Below are positions 24,838 through 34,278 of a stretch of 38,721 nt of DNA, one piece after another. The stretch's first letter is position 1. Each line of letters begins with the position of its first letter. The DNA is from Oligoflexales bacterium (lineage in GTDB: Bacteria; Bdellovibrionota_B; Oligoflexia; Oligoflexales; CAIYRB01): positions 1 to 38,721 of the forward strand of contig JBGSUI010000156.1 in NCBI GenBank assembly GCA_041736175.1, written 5' to 3'. A program made the position numbers and the translations under genes. The notes under the pieces were generated by a model. The model worked only from the letters and a program-made list of their open reading frames with translations. It searched no databases and was not told the DNA's origin.

Positions 24838-26010
24838 TTAGTTCTTAAGCCGAGGAGGGCCGTCTTGCTGGTGAAAGCGGTCTGCGGACTTGAGGGGCAG
24901 AGGCACCCCATTGGGCAGGGACAACCATTTTTCTGCCGTAAGCTCTTCGATCTTTTTGGACTCATAGTCGGTTACTTTAAAAATGGTTTCAAACCCAAAG
25001 ATCTCCCGCTTGTAGCATTTTTCAATCTTATAGAGCCGTGAGTGAAAGCTCACGACTTGGTTGTTGACTCCCTTGCAGGCTTCATCGATGGGGATCACGT
25101 CGATACCGGCTTCTCCGCTTAGGAGTTTAGCAAACATCTCGTCAACCACGGAGGGTATCGGCTCTCCCTCTGGGATAGCGCTAAACTCCTCGACCGGTAA
25201 TGCCTCAAAAGTCCCCTTTGGATCGCCGCCTTTTTTTGTGCGGTGGGTCGTATAAGTGGTCCAATCGGGGAAAAGCCGCCGTTTGCAACCTTCGATATAG
25301 TAGACATCTACATAAGAATAGGTCACATAGCGCCCCTCTAACCTGCGGCAGAGCTGCGCGGCGTTGGTATTAAATGGAGCGATATCTAAAGGTTCACCTT
25401 CGGGGAGAGCGACGATCAAGTCTCGGTCCACATCGACCACCTTTTGGCCTTTAGAGACAAGTTCGTAGACGGTTTTACTGTCGACAATCAAGCGACGTTT
25501 ACAGTCCTGGATCTTGTAGACGTCGCTATAATAGGCAACCAGTTTGCCCTCGTATTGGTAGCAGAGAGATTTGGTCTCTTTCGGACTAAAAGTCTTGATT
25601 TCAATCGGAGTCCAAGACATTTCCAGTAGCTCTACGGGTTCCTGCTGGGATTTGGGCTTTTTGTTGGAGGTCGTCTTTGAAGTCTTAAGGCTCTCTCCAG
25701 GAGTTTCTCTTTGGTTTCGGGTTTCGGGTTTTTTAGGGTTGCTTTGAGCGATCCGGATGGTTGGGTTGGTTTGAGGTGATTCCTGATTGCGTTCCTCATA
25801 GGGCACTGCCGAGTCCATAGGATCGACCGGGTCCGGAGCCACGGTGGGAGGCGGCCCGTTGGGGCCGTACTTGGAGGAGGCGAATTGCTGCTCAGCCATG
25901 GCCACGGGGATCGCCCCTGATAGCAAAGCCCCAAAAATTACTAAACATAACTTGGAGTTGAGATCTATGGTTCCAAAGGACTTCATAATTAAGTTGTCTA
26001 AGATCATCAC
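24838..26010 (-). CDS. Secreted protein with three Cys-bracketed repeats
   Basis: Signal peptide (..PVAMA); low-complexity linker; three copies of C..xEG..V.Y/F...VY.I..C.RR...P.G.P. Confidence 0.7.
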   Translation of the reverse strand: MMILDNLIMKSFGTIDLNSKLCLVIFGALLSGAIPVAMAEQQFASSKYGPNGPPPTVAPDPVDPMDSAVPYEERNQESPQTNPTIRIAQSNPKKPETRNQRETPGESLKTSKTTSNKKPKSQQEPVELLEMSWTPIEIKTFSPKETKSLCYQYEGKLVAYYSDVYKIQDCKRRLIVDSKTVYELVSKGQKVVDVDRDLIVALPEGEPLDIAPFNTNAAQLCRRLEGRYVTYSYVDVYYIEGCKRRLFPDWTTYTTHRTKKGGDPKGTFEALPVEEFSAIPEGEPIPSVVDEMFAKLLSGEAGIDVIPIDEACKGVNNQVVSFHSRLYKIEKCYKREIFGFETIFKVTDYESKKIEELTAEKWLSLPNGVPLPLKSADRFHQQDGPPRLKN

Positions 26011-26057
26011 CTTGCTCCTGTTCGATACCCCTGTTAGGGTCTCGCATCTATCATCGA

Positions 26058-26085
26058 ACTTCGGCAGCCTTTTCTCAAGTCTTTA
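26058..26085 (-). promoter_or_regulatory. FliA (sigma28)-like promoter
   Basis: Minus strand TAAA-N16-GCCGAAGT upstream of the 26010 gene. Confidence 0.5.
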
Positions 26086-26210
26086 CCAAAATTCCATGGT
26101 CACCAGCGAGTCCCTAAGGATCGATTTAAACAAGATACCTGAATAATTATGATAATTGGCTTAAAGAGGCGATGTTTGAATCTGGGGGGACTCCCCCTAG
26201 GGATGGCTTT

Positions 26211-27104
26211 TTAAAACCGGATCCCCAGCCCCCCCATAATGACAAGATAGTTGTCAAACCCCGATTCGGTACCGAGGAGCATATAGTCTTCGAGGGTCCC
26301 CATCAGTACAAAACGTCGGAAAAAGTGAAATCGCTGACCGATCGCAGCATGGGCGAGGACATTGGTCTTGCTTTCCGCTTCGGGGCGACCATCGATGCCG
26401 GTTAGGGTTTCATCGAGGGTGCCTGGATTGGTGTCATTGCCATTGGGGCACCCGGTAGACTCTCTCTGTTTTTTCACACAAAACTTGCCACGATAGGGGA
26501 CTTCGCCACTGGTGGTGATGTAGCTAGGCTTTTTGGGGTAAAACTTAGACATGGCAAAGCCGCCACCAAAGTTGATAAAAAAATCAAAATAATTGGTGGC
26601 AGAAAGTAAAATGATCTGCTTTCCATAAATGGGATTCCAATTAGCATTGAGGGTAAAAATAGTTTGCAACTCCCGAATTGGGACATAGGCGGGACCCAAA
26701 TTAGCGTCAGGATCACCTGAAGCCTTGAGGTTTTCAAGATCCCCAAACTCATCCCCTATCGTATCGTTTGGGTCGTTATAAAAGCTCTCGATTGCAGTGC
26801 GTTCGCTTTTGTCACTATTGATCCCCAGAGAGACTTCACCGGCAATGCCCCATTCTTCGGATAAAAAATAGGTGAGGCTGCCGGTGGCTAAAAAGGTGTT
26901 GGTGTAGGATGAGTTGAGGACCATCCCCAGCCTGCCATCGAGTTCGACCTTTTCTTTTTTGGGGAAAAGCTTTTTTAAGACGACATCTTCGCTGTCGGTG
27001 ACCCTTTCGTAGCTGAGGCCATTGGTCGTTCCAAACGCGGAAGCTATCAAAAAGGACCAACACCAGAACTGGAATCTCGTTTTGAGACTAAGACTCTCTC
27101 TCAC
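26211..27104 (-). CDS. Outer-membrane beta-barrel protein of the myxobacterial/Bdellovibrio type (TIGR04565 / GltA-B-H-like)
   Basis: Signal peptide; VVLKKLFPKKEKVEL, WNPIYGK, YFDFF..GGG, GQRF; terminal F. GTG start after AAGGA. Confidence 0.75.
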   Translation of the reverse strand: MRESLSLKTRFQFWCWSFLIASAFGTTNGLSYERVTDSEDVVLKKLFPKKEKVELDGRLGMVLNSSYTNTFLATGSLTYFLSEEWGIAGEVSLGINSDKSERTAIESFYNDPNDTIGDEFGDLENLKASGDPDANLGPAYVPIRELQTIFTLNANWNPIYGKQIILLSATNYFDFFINFGGGFAMSKFYPKKPSYITTSGEVPYRGKFCVKKQRESTGCPNGNDTNPGTLDETLTGIDGRPEAESKTNVLAHAAIGQRFHFFRRFVLMGTLEDYMLLGTESGFDNYLVIMGGLGIRF

Positions 27105-27224
27105 AGTTAGTCCTTTCCCTTGGTGAACCACAAGATTCGCTTAAGATCGCTCCTATATTGTATCATGAGCGAGGTCTGAAACGTATGCAAGGTAGGACTA
27201 ACTAAATACTAAGTGTTTACTAAA

Positions 27225-27818
27225 TCATTGATTTGCAGCAGACTTACGATGTTTCTTTTTGTAGTTTGCAAACTTCTTAGACTTGTTTTTGTGGCCAGGA
27301 CGTTTTTTTACGACGGACTTGTGTTTTAGACGAGACTGTTTCGATTTTTTAGAAATTTTATGTTTAGATGATTTTTTTTTCTTGGTTTTTTTAGCAAATT
27401 TAGACCCTTTATGAGATCTCTTTTTAGAACTCTTGTGGATTTTTTGGGTTTTGCCCTTATGGCTATAATGAGCTACGGGGGTGCGCCCCTGGCCTTTAGG
27501 TCCCCCGGTGCGGCCTGGGATGGGAAGAGCCGATTCGCTGGGTTTAGACTCCTTTGACTTTTCAAACCAATTTTGTGCCGTCGCAGCAATCTCCTTTGGC
27601 TTTTCGAAGATCGAGGGCTCCGGAGGTGGAGTGGTCCTGGTAGAAGGATTTAAGCTGGTTGACGGGAGTCGATTGGAACCGGAGTTTTCCGAATCTTGGG
27701 AACCCCCGAAATAGTGGTAACCGCCAAACCCGATTCCTAGAGCTAACGTAGCCACTAGGATACCAGTAAGGGTTTTGCGGGAAACAAACGATTGTTTTTG
27801 GGAGCGTGATGAAGCCAT
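27225..27818 (-). CDS. Single-pass membrane protein with Lys-rich, histone-H1-like tail
   Basis: TM helix at about aa 16-37, Pro/Ser linker, then KKTKKKKSSKHKISKKSK... Confidence 0.7.
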   Translation of the reverse strand: MASSRSQKQSFVSRKTLTGILVATLALGIGFGGYHYFGGSQDSENSGSNRLPSTSLNPSTRTTPPPEPSIFEKPKEIAATAQNWFEKSKESKPSESALPIPGRTGGPKGQGRTPVAHYSHKGKTQKIHKSSKKRSHKGSKFAKKTKKKKSSKHKISKKSKQSRLKHKSVVKKRPGHKNKSKKFANYKKKHRKSAANQ

Positions 27819-27903
27819 GATGGGATTTCCTTAATCCAGGTGGGTGTGGGTGACTTTTCTCTGGAACCCGTAAGGTTTCCTAAAGTCACCTCCTCGTCCT
27901 AGG

Positions 27904-27919
27904 AGCAAGGGCCAGACCA
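27904..27919 (-). promoter_or_regulatory. sigma54 -24/-12 promoter, with candidate upstream activator site at 27996-28014
   Basis: Minus strand TGGTCTGGCCCTTGCT; palindrome CTGTC-N9-GACAG ~80 bp upstream. Confidence 0.6.
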
Positions 27920-28091
27920 CCTTGGATTTTTTAACTTAACCAGCTGAAATGATGGAAGGTAGCGGAATAGGAAACCGGTGACTATAGTTTGGTGACTGTC
28001 AAAAGATTAGACAGGCGGCCAACATTCGATCGGCTGATATCCCCAAAATTGGCTAGTAGTCAGCGGTATGGATTGGTGCATAGGCTTTTAC

Positions 28092-28118
28092 TAAATAATT
28101 CTATGCAAATACCGATCA
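28092..28118 (+). promoter_or_regulatory. FliA (sigma28)-like promoter for the TIGR01777-photolyase operon
   Basis: TAAA-N15-ACCGATCA. Confidence 0.5.
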
Positions 28119-28171
28119 TAAAGTGTATCGTCCTTGGAGCCTTAATCTAAGGCGTTTTTTTGGAGACTCCG

Positions 28172-29634
28172 ATGAACGAAACCCTTCGCATCATAATCGT
28201 GGGTGGGACAGGTTACCTAGGCCAACAGCTCGGACTTAAACTGACACAGGCAGGTCATCAAGTTTCCATCACCACGCGAAATCCAGAACAGTGGATTTAT
28301 AGGACTGCGTTTCCATGCCAGGTGATCCACTGGGATCCAAGCAGCGAAGACTTCCCGCTACCAAAAAAAAACACCCCCCATGTGGTCATCAACCTCGCGG
28401 GAGCCGGTATCGGCGACCAAAGGTGGACTACGGCCTATAAGAACACCCTAAGGGATTCTCGTCTCGTGACCACTCGAAAGATTGCCCGCGCTATCAAAAA
28501 CCATAACCTTTCCCTTTGCCACGACGGGCAGGTGACGGGGGGTAAACCCGTCCACCTCGTCCAGGCGTCGGCCATCGGCTACTACGGGTCTCGGGGCGAC
28601 GATGCCCTTACCGAAACCACATCCCAAGGACAAGGGTTTCTGGCTCAGCTTTGCGCTGACTGGGAGCAGGAAGCTCTCCAAGCCAAAACCGAGAGCAACC
28701 GAGTGGTCCTCGTCCGGATCGGGGTGGTCTTAGGTCATGGAAGCGGATTTCTTAAGACCATGACCCCCCTTTATATGCGCGGAGCAGGCGCCTTAATTGA
28801 CGGTGGTCGCCCATGGTTTCCTTGGATTCACGTGGACGATGTGGTCTCAGTCTTTGCAGAGGCGGTGACCAACTCCCAGTGGAACGGCATCGTCAATGCA
28901 ACCGCTCCCGAGCCTGCCCAGATGGGAGATTTTCACAAACTCATGACGGAGTGCTATGGAGGACAGCTTGCGCCTCCAGTCCCCCCCTGGTTGATCAAGA
29001 CTCTTTTAGGACAGCAGTCGGAAATCGCACTAGGGTCCCATAAGGTGATGAGTGAGGTTCTGCGACACAAAGATTTTAAGTTTAGGTACCGGACGCTCCC
29101 GGAGGCTTTTAAGGCCCTTTATGAGACCGATGTCGACCGTGGCTCCTATCACGTGGTATCCCAACAGTGGTTTCCTCACCATAAAAGAGAACTTTGGAAA
29201 TTTTTTGCCACTGAATCTAATTTGGAAACTCTCACTCCCCCTTGGCTTTCTTTTAAGGTTCTCTCTAAATCAACTCCAGAGATCGAGTCAGGTACGATCT
29301 TAAAATACCAGCTCAAACTCCATGGGATTCCCATCCAGTGGGAAACCCATATCAGCCAATGGCAACCTGCACACAAATTTATCGATGTCCAGGCCAAAGG
29401 TCCCTATGCGATGTGGCATCATACCCATAGCTTTCAGGACCACGCTGGGGGAACCCTGATGACGGACCATGTGCGCCTGAGACTTCCTCTGGGAAAATTA
29501 GGGTTTTTAGTGGCAAGCCCCATGGTCGTAAAAGATGTGGAGCGCATTTTTAGTTTTCGTAAACAAAAAATAGCTGAAATCTTCGGTACGACACCCCATA
29601 TTCAGCTGGTCAGCGAACCTAACGTAAGGAGCTA
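28172..29634 (+). CDS. TIGR01777 (YfcH-like) NAD-dependent epimerase fused to an SRPBCC domain
   Basis: GGTGYLG, INLAGA, ASAIGYYG, WIHVDD; C-terminal NLETLTPPW...FID.Q.KGPY..WHHTH...IFSFR. Confidence 0.9.
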
Positions 29635-31215
29635 GTGGTGTTGTCCTCGACGATAGTATGGTTTAAGCGAGACCTGAGGCTTCATGATCACCCTGCTTTG
29701 ACAGCAGCACTCCAGCAGGGTCGACCGATCGTTCCCCTCTATATTTGGTCTCCGGAGGAAGAGGGTCCGTGGAGTCCCGGAGGGGCAAGTAAGTGGTGGC
29801 TTTATGATGCCCTTGAAAAGCTCGATCAGCAGTTAGGCCAGCATGGTGTGGGAGAAGTGGGAAGCCCCCTGATGCAGGAGCCGGGTAGACTGTGCCAGCT
29901 TCGGGTGATGGGGGGACCTATCCTCAACGCTTTGCTAGAGGCAGCGAACACCTATCATGCCCACGAAGTTTACACGATGGGGTCTCTCGAACCGTTTACG
30001 ACCTCCCGAGATCGCGGCTTGCACCAAAAGCTCAAGGAAAAAGGGATCGAGCTGAGGGCCTTTCATAGCAATCTCCTTCTTAAGCCCCAACTCGTCACTA
30101 AGAGCGACCAAAAACCCTACAGTATCTTTACTCCTTACTACCGAGCAGCCCTTACCCACGAGGTCCCGACTCCCCTCCCGTTACCAGCAAAGATCCCCCT
30201 TGCACCCCTGCCGGATCTTGATAAGCCACGTCTGGCAATGGAACATCTCGATGAGCTTGGACTCAGACCGACGGACATGAAAAACCCCTGGGACCAGGGG
30301 TTTTTTGGTTTTTGGAACAGGATGCTAAAGTCCGAGGGGCTCCACCTTCGGGAGGATGGACCCAAACGATTCCTTAAGGAGGCCCTGAGTTCCGTGGGGT
30401 CTTATGTGGAAAGTCGAGATATACCCAGCTTGCATGGTACCAGTCGTCTTTCGCCTTTTTTGCATTTTGGACAGATCACTCCAAGGCAGATTTATCACCA
30501 CCTAAAATCAAATTCTGGATCCCTTATTGGGTCAGGTGTGGGTCCCCTTAAGACCTCTTGGTCAGCTGCCCAACCCTACCTCCGCCAACTCTATTGGAGA
30601 GAGTTTGCCCATGACCAACTCTTCCATAATCCGAACCTAGATCATAAACCTTTACGAAGTGATTTTGAAAAATTTCCCTACGAGACCGATCCGCAAAAAC
30701 TCAAAGCCTGGCAACGGGGACAGACCGGTTATCCTATCGTCGATGCCGCGATGCGAGAGCTTTGGCAAACCGGATTTATGCATAACAGGGCCCGGATGAT
30801 CGTGGGATCTTTTCTAGTGAAAGACTTGATGATCCCTTGGCAGGAGGGGGCGCGCTGGTTTTGGGATACCCTCGTCGATGCGGATCTAGCCAACAACTCC
30901 ATGGGCTGGCAATGGATCGCAGGCTGTGGGATCGATGCAGCCCCCTATTTTCGGATCTTTAATCCAATCCTCCAGAGTGAGAAGTTTGATCCCGATGGGG
31001 TCTACATCAAGACATACTGCCCAGAGCTCAAAAACTTATCCGGAAAAAATCTCCACGCCCCCTGGCTTGCTCCACCGCTGGAGCTAAAAGCTGCTGGGGT
31101 GGCTTTAGGCAAAACTTATCCCGTCCCTTTGGTCGATCACGGAAAAGCAAAACTAAAAGCAATGGTCGCCTACGAAGGGATGCGCCGTGGGGGTCAGGAA
31201 ACCTCAAGTCGATAG
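29635..31215 (+). CDS. phrB: Deoxyribodipyrimidine photolyase (cryptochrome/photolyase family)
   Basis: WFKRDLRLHDHPAL, TSRLSPFLHFG, WREF, GQTGYPIVDAAMR, MHNRARM, DAAPYFRIFNP. Confidence 0.95.
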   Translation: MVLSSTIVWFKRDLRLHDHPALTAALQQGRPIVPLYIWSPEEEGPWSPGGASKWWLYDALEKLDQQLGQHGVGEVGSPLMQEPGRLCQLRVMGGPILNALLEAANTYHAHEVYTMGSLEPFTTSRDRGLHQKLKEKGIELRAFHSNLLLKPQLVTKSDQKPYSIFTPYYRAALTHEVPTPLPLPAKIPLAPLPDLDKPRLAMEHLDELGLRPTDMKNPWDQGFFGFWNRMLKSEGLHLREDGPKRFLKEALSSVGSYVESRDIPSLHGTSRLSPFLHFGQITPRQIYHHLKSNSGSLIGSGVGPLKTSWSAAQPYLRQLYWREFAHDQLFHNPNLDHKPLRSDFEKFPYETDPQKLKAWQRGQTGYPIVDAAMRELWQTGFMHNRARMIVGSFLVKDLMIPWQEGARWFWDTLVDADLANNSMGWQWIAGCGIDAAPYFRIFNPILQSEKFDPDGVYIKTYCPELKNLSGKNLHAPWLAPPLELKAAGVALGKTYPVPLVDHGKAKLKAMVAYEGMRRGGQETSSR

Positions 31216-31458
31216 CTAAATATATTTTTATTTTAATAGGTTTTTGGACCCTACGGACTTAGGGATTTTTAATCTTCGTTTTTAGCGAATCATAGGTTTT
31301 GTATTTTCAAGCATTGGTTTTAGGGTTAAACTCATCTCGTGCATTGCAAGATTGTGGGAATCATTTTACCTTGGACCTAAGCAAGACTCTGGACCTGCCG
31401 CATTACGATTTGCGGCGAGATGAGACACCCCCCCCACAAGAGTGAAAAGGAACCTTGT

Positions 31459-32106
31459 ATGATGAACCTACTGCCTGGCCTTCGAAATTTCAGTGAACGA
31501 GTTTTTCCGAAGCAACAAAAACACTTTGAAACTCTTTCGCAAGGGCAAAAGCCCCATACCTTGATGATCACATGTTCTGATTCACGAATTGACCCCAATC
31601 TCGTAACCCAAACAAAACCTGGTGAGCTCTTTATCGTCCGCAATGCTGGTAATGTGATTCCCCCTTATGGAGCCTCACGGGGGGGAGAAGAAGCGGCCAT
31701 CGAGTTTGCCGTGGATGGGCTTAATGTGACCAATGTGGTCGTCTGTGGACACTCCCAATGTGGAGCGATGGCTGCCATTGCTAATAATTTGAACCTTGAA
31801 AAAATGCCATCGGTCAAACGCTGGCTCGATCATGCACAGTCCACAAGGCGACGTCTTGAAGACTCCCCGGAGCTATGCAATCTTCAGCATGTCGTTGAGG
31901 ATAATGTGCTGGTGCAAGTCGACAACCTTAAGACTCATCCTGCCATTTCAGCTGCCTTGCGGATGGGTCGGGTGCAGATCTATGGGTGGGTTTATCACTT
32001 CGAATCTGGGTCAATCCATATCTACGACCCCAAAAATAAACGTTACCTGCCTTCGACAGAAGTCAGAGAGGAGACTATCAAAGATGCAGCACGATTCGCC
32101 CTTTGA
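31459..32106 (+). CDS. Beta-class carbonic anhydrase
   Basis: ITCSDSR, RNAGN, CGHSQCGAM zinc ligands. Confidence 0.95.
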   Translation: MMNLLPGLRNFSERVFPKQQKHFETLSQGQKPHTLMITCSDSRIDPNLVTQTKPGELFIVRNAGNVIPPYGASRGGEEAAIEFAVDGLNVTNVVVCGHSQCGAMAAIANNLNLEKMPSVKRWLDHAQSTRRRLEDSPELCNLQHVVEDNVLVQVDNLKTHPAISAALRMGRVQIYGWVYHFESGSIHIYDPKNKRYLPSTEVREETIKDAARFAL

Positions 32107-32113
32107 ACTGCCA

Positions 32114-33073
32114 ATGGCGGGCCTCCCTAAGGGCGGGCTTGCGGATCCCCAAAGCGCACACTACCAAGCCGCGTCCTTAAGCTCGTCCGTGGATTCGCCA
32201 TTGACAAACCACCCGGAGTCGAAGACGTTTTTGACGACAGCTCTGGCTTGGCAGGGAACGGTTACACCGAAAGTTATGCCGCGGGTCACCGTGGTGGCCG
32301 CCTATGCAGCTTTAGTCCAGGTCGCTGTGACCTACTTTCCTGAGCTCACTTTACCAGTGACCCCCTTTGAATACTCAGGGGCTGTTCTAACCTTGATACT
32401 CGTTTTGCGAGTGAATGCTGGTCATGACCGATGGTGGGAAGCCCGCAAGTTATGGGGAAACATCGTCAACCAAAGTCGCAATCTTGCGGTGGTCGTCTGC
32501 GCTTATAGCAAAAGCCAAGACCCGCAGGTGGCCACTGCCCTCAACTGGATCGCCGCCTGGCCCCATGTGATGCGCGAGTCCCTGCGAAAAGAGAATCAAC
32601 TAAAAGAAGTCGCCGCCATCATCGGGCCACAAGAGGCTCAATCCGTGCGGCAGGCAGAGAACATGTGTCTTTATGTTGCTCTTAAAATCGCCACACTCCT
32701 CGAAGGCTTCCGAAACCAGGGCATGGACCCCTTTGCCTTTCACCGCGCCGAAACCGAAAGGTCCCAGCTGGTGGACGCCTTTGGTGCCTGCGAGCGGATT
32801 CGCAATACGAGGATGCCCTTTGTCCTTGCTGTCAAATCAAGGCGGTTTCTGTTGCTCTTTTTATTGCTGTTACCCTTTGCCTTTGCCGACCGCACGGGGT
32901 GGATGACTCCTATAGTGGTTGCTTTGGCATCTTATCCGCTTTTTTCCTTGGACGAGATTGGAGCCGAGCTTCAAAACCCGTTTTCTCCGCGGAACTTGAG
33001 CCATCTCCCCCTCACCGACCTTTGTAAAAGTATCGCCAAAAGCGTTTTAAGTCTCGGTCGAACTACCCTCTGA
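32114..33073 (+). CDS. Bestrophin-family (YneE-like) anion channel
   Basis: LVLRVN..HDRWWEARKLWG..VN..R, GACERI.NT.MP, LDEIGAELQNPF, LPL. Start is 32114 or 32084. Confidence 0.9.
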   Translation: MAGLPKGGLADPQSAHYQAASLSSSVDSPLTNHPESKTFLTTALAWQGTVTPKVMPRVTVVAAYAALVQVAVTYFPELTLPVTPFEYSGAVLTLILVLRVNAGHDRWWEARKLWGNIVNQSRNLAVVVCAYSKSQDPQVATALNWIAAWPHVMRESLRKENQLKEVAAIIGPQEAQSVRQAENMCLYVALKIATLLEGFRNQGMDPFAFHRAETERSQLVDAFGACERIRNTRMPFVLAVKSRRFLLLFLLLLPFAFADRTGWMTPIVVALASYPLFSLDEIGAELQNPFSPRNLSHLPLTDLCKSIAKSVLSLGRTTL

Positions 33074-33113
33074 GGGGGGCATTGAATGATAGTTAAAGTT
33101 TGATTTTAAAGTC

Positions 33114-33368
33114 CTACTTAGGGAAAAAAACAATAGATGATAATGATAAGCTTTTGAATAAGGTAGCTCTGAAAGCAGTGCGAATCAATTTAGGGGGCTC
33201 TTTTTTTAAGTGTACCGAGTCTTCCATACCTTCAGGCTTACTTAACACTTCTCTATTAACTGAAATATCGGGGAAGGCTAAACTCCCGGCTTCTGGCATT
33301 GAAGTTTTCAAGTCTATCCTAGCGAATCTTCTAAACAAAATCTCTTCTGCCTCTAAGCAGTTGCGCAT
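33114..33368 (-). CDS. Small protein with an ADP-ribosyltransferase-like R...SV pattern, possibly internally deleted
   Basis: EEILFRR...AFPDISVNR..SKPE; GGAG-like RBS inside the upstream gene; AT-rich. Confidence 0.4.
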   Translation of the reverse strand: MRNCLEAEEILFRRFARIDLKTSMPEAGSLAFPDISVNREVLSKPEGMEDSVHLKKEPPKLIRTAFRATLFKSLSLSSIVFFPK

Positions 33369-33690
33369 TTCGTACTGCCTTCAAGTAGCCACTTTGATAA
33401 TTCTGTAAGTTTAGATACTTTTAAGGTGATTTCTTCAGTGACAGGTATAGATTGCTCTTGCCAGGAAGCTGAAATTATTTCTCCAGAGTTGTAGCAATCA
33501 ATCAAGATATTATTTTTACCTAATGAATAGAGAAGAGTTACCCCACCATCAGCACAAGGACTAATTTGTATTGGTTTAAACAATGGAAATAAGCTAATAA
33601 AATTAGAAGCAGCATTTATAGCAGCGTTGGCTGGTTTGGGAGCATTATAGCTATCCCACCCTTCACTAAGATAATGTAATTCAGTCTCCA
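33353..33690 (-). CDS. Conserved hypothetical 'GWDSY' protein, probably 5'-truncated
   Basis: L..LSEGWDSYNA...AINAA..F...I.P.ADGGV.L pattern; AT-rich; overlaps the downstream gene by 16 bp. Upstream part of the ORF-track call lies in GC-richer unrelated sequence. Confidence 0.5.
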
Positions 33691-33744
33691 ATCGAGGCTC
33701 TTGATGTCCGTGTGGTTCTGGTCTACTGGCATCGTTGCTGACAC

Positions 33745-34278
33745 GTGTCGAGGGAATACGATCTGACCCAAGATCCGGCAACCGTATTGACAGGGGCACG
33801 GATGAACGAAATTCTAGAAAGGAGGCTCGCGGGCAATCCGCCGTTGGCTGACTTGAATCCCTTTGAGCAAGTGTGGGATGGCGCGGCCAAGAAGATCATC
33901 CACGGTATGTGGCATACCGAGCCGGTGATTGATGCATTGACGGCCATCGGAGCCGCGTTGCAACAAGGTGGCAAGGCGACCTTCATCAGGTCTGGTGATC
34001 AGGTTATTGGAAATTTTGCCGCAAAGGTTTACCAGAAAGCCTTCACGGCCCACATCAATCTCGTGCAAAGCCCATCAGCGGCGGACCCGTCCAACAGTGA
34101 GTCGTTTAAGGCTCAAGTGGCGTGGTCGCGAAACACTGCTACCGAACGATTGGCATTCTGGCGCAGAGCGGCAGCGGAATTCTCGTCTGCTGCTAACTGC
34201 GGCTCAGTGGAAGAAAAATTGAAGGCGATCAAGAACCTTCGTGAACGCTTGTTCCCAGTGAAACTATCACCGTTTTAA
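33745..34278 (+). CDS. Hypothetical protein, possibly the 3' fragment of a larger gene
   Basis: 177-codon ORF with protein-like helical composition; no clear RBS or promoter. Confidence 0.4.
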   Translation: MSREYDLTQDPATVLTGARMNEILERRLAGNPPLADLNPFEQVWDGAAKKIIHGMWHTEPVIDALTAIGAALQQGGKATFIRSGDQVIGNFAAKVYQKAFTAHINLVQSPSAADPSNSESFKAQVAWSRNTATERLAFWRRAAAEFSSAANCGSVEEKLKAIKNLRERLFPVKLSPF

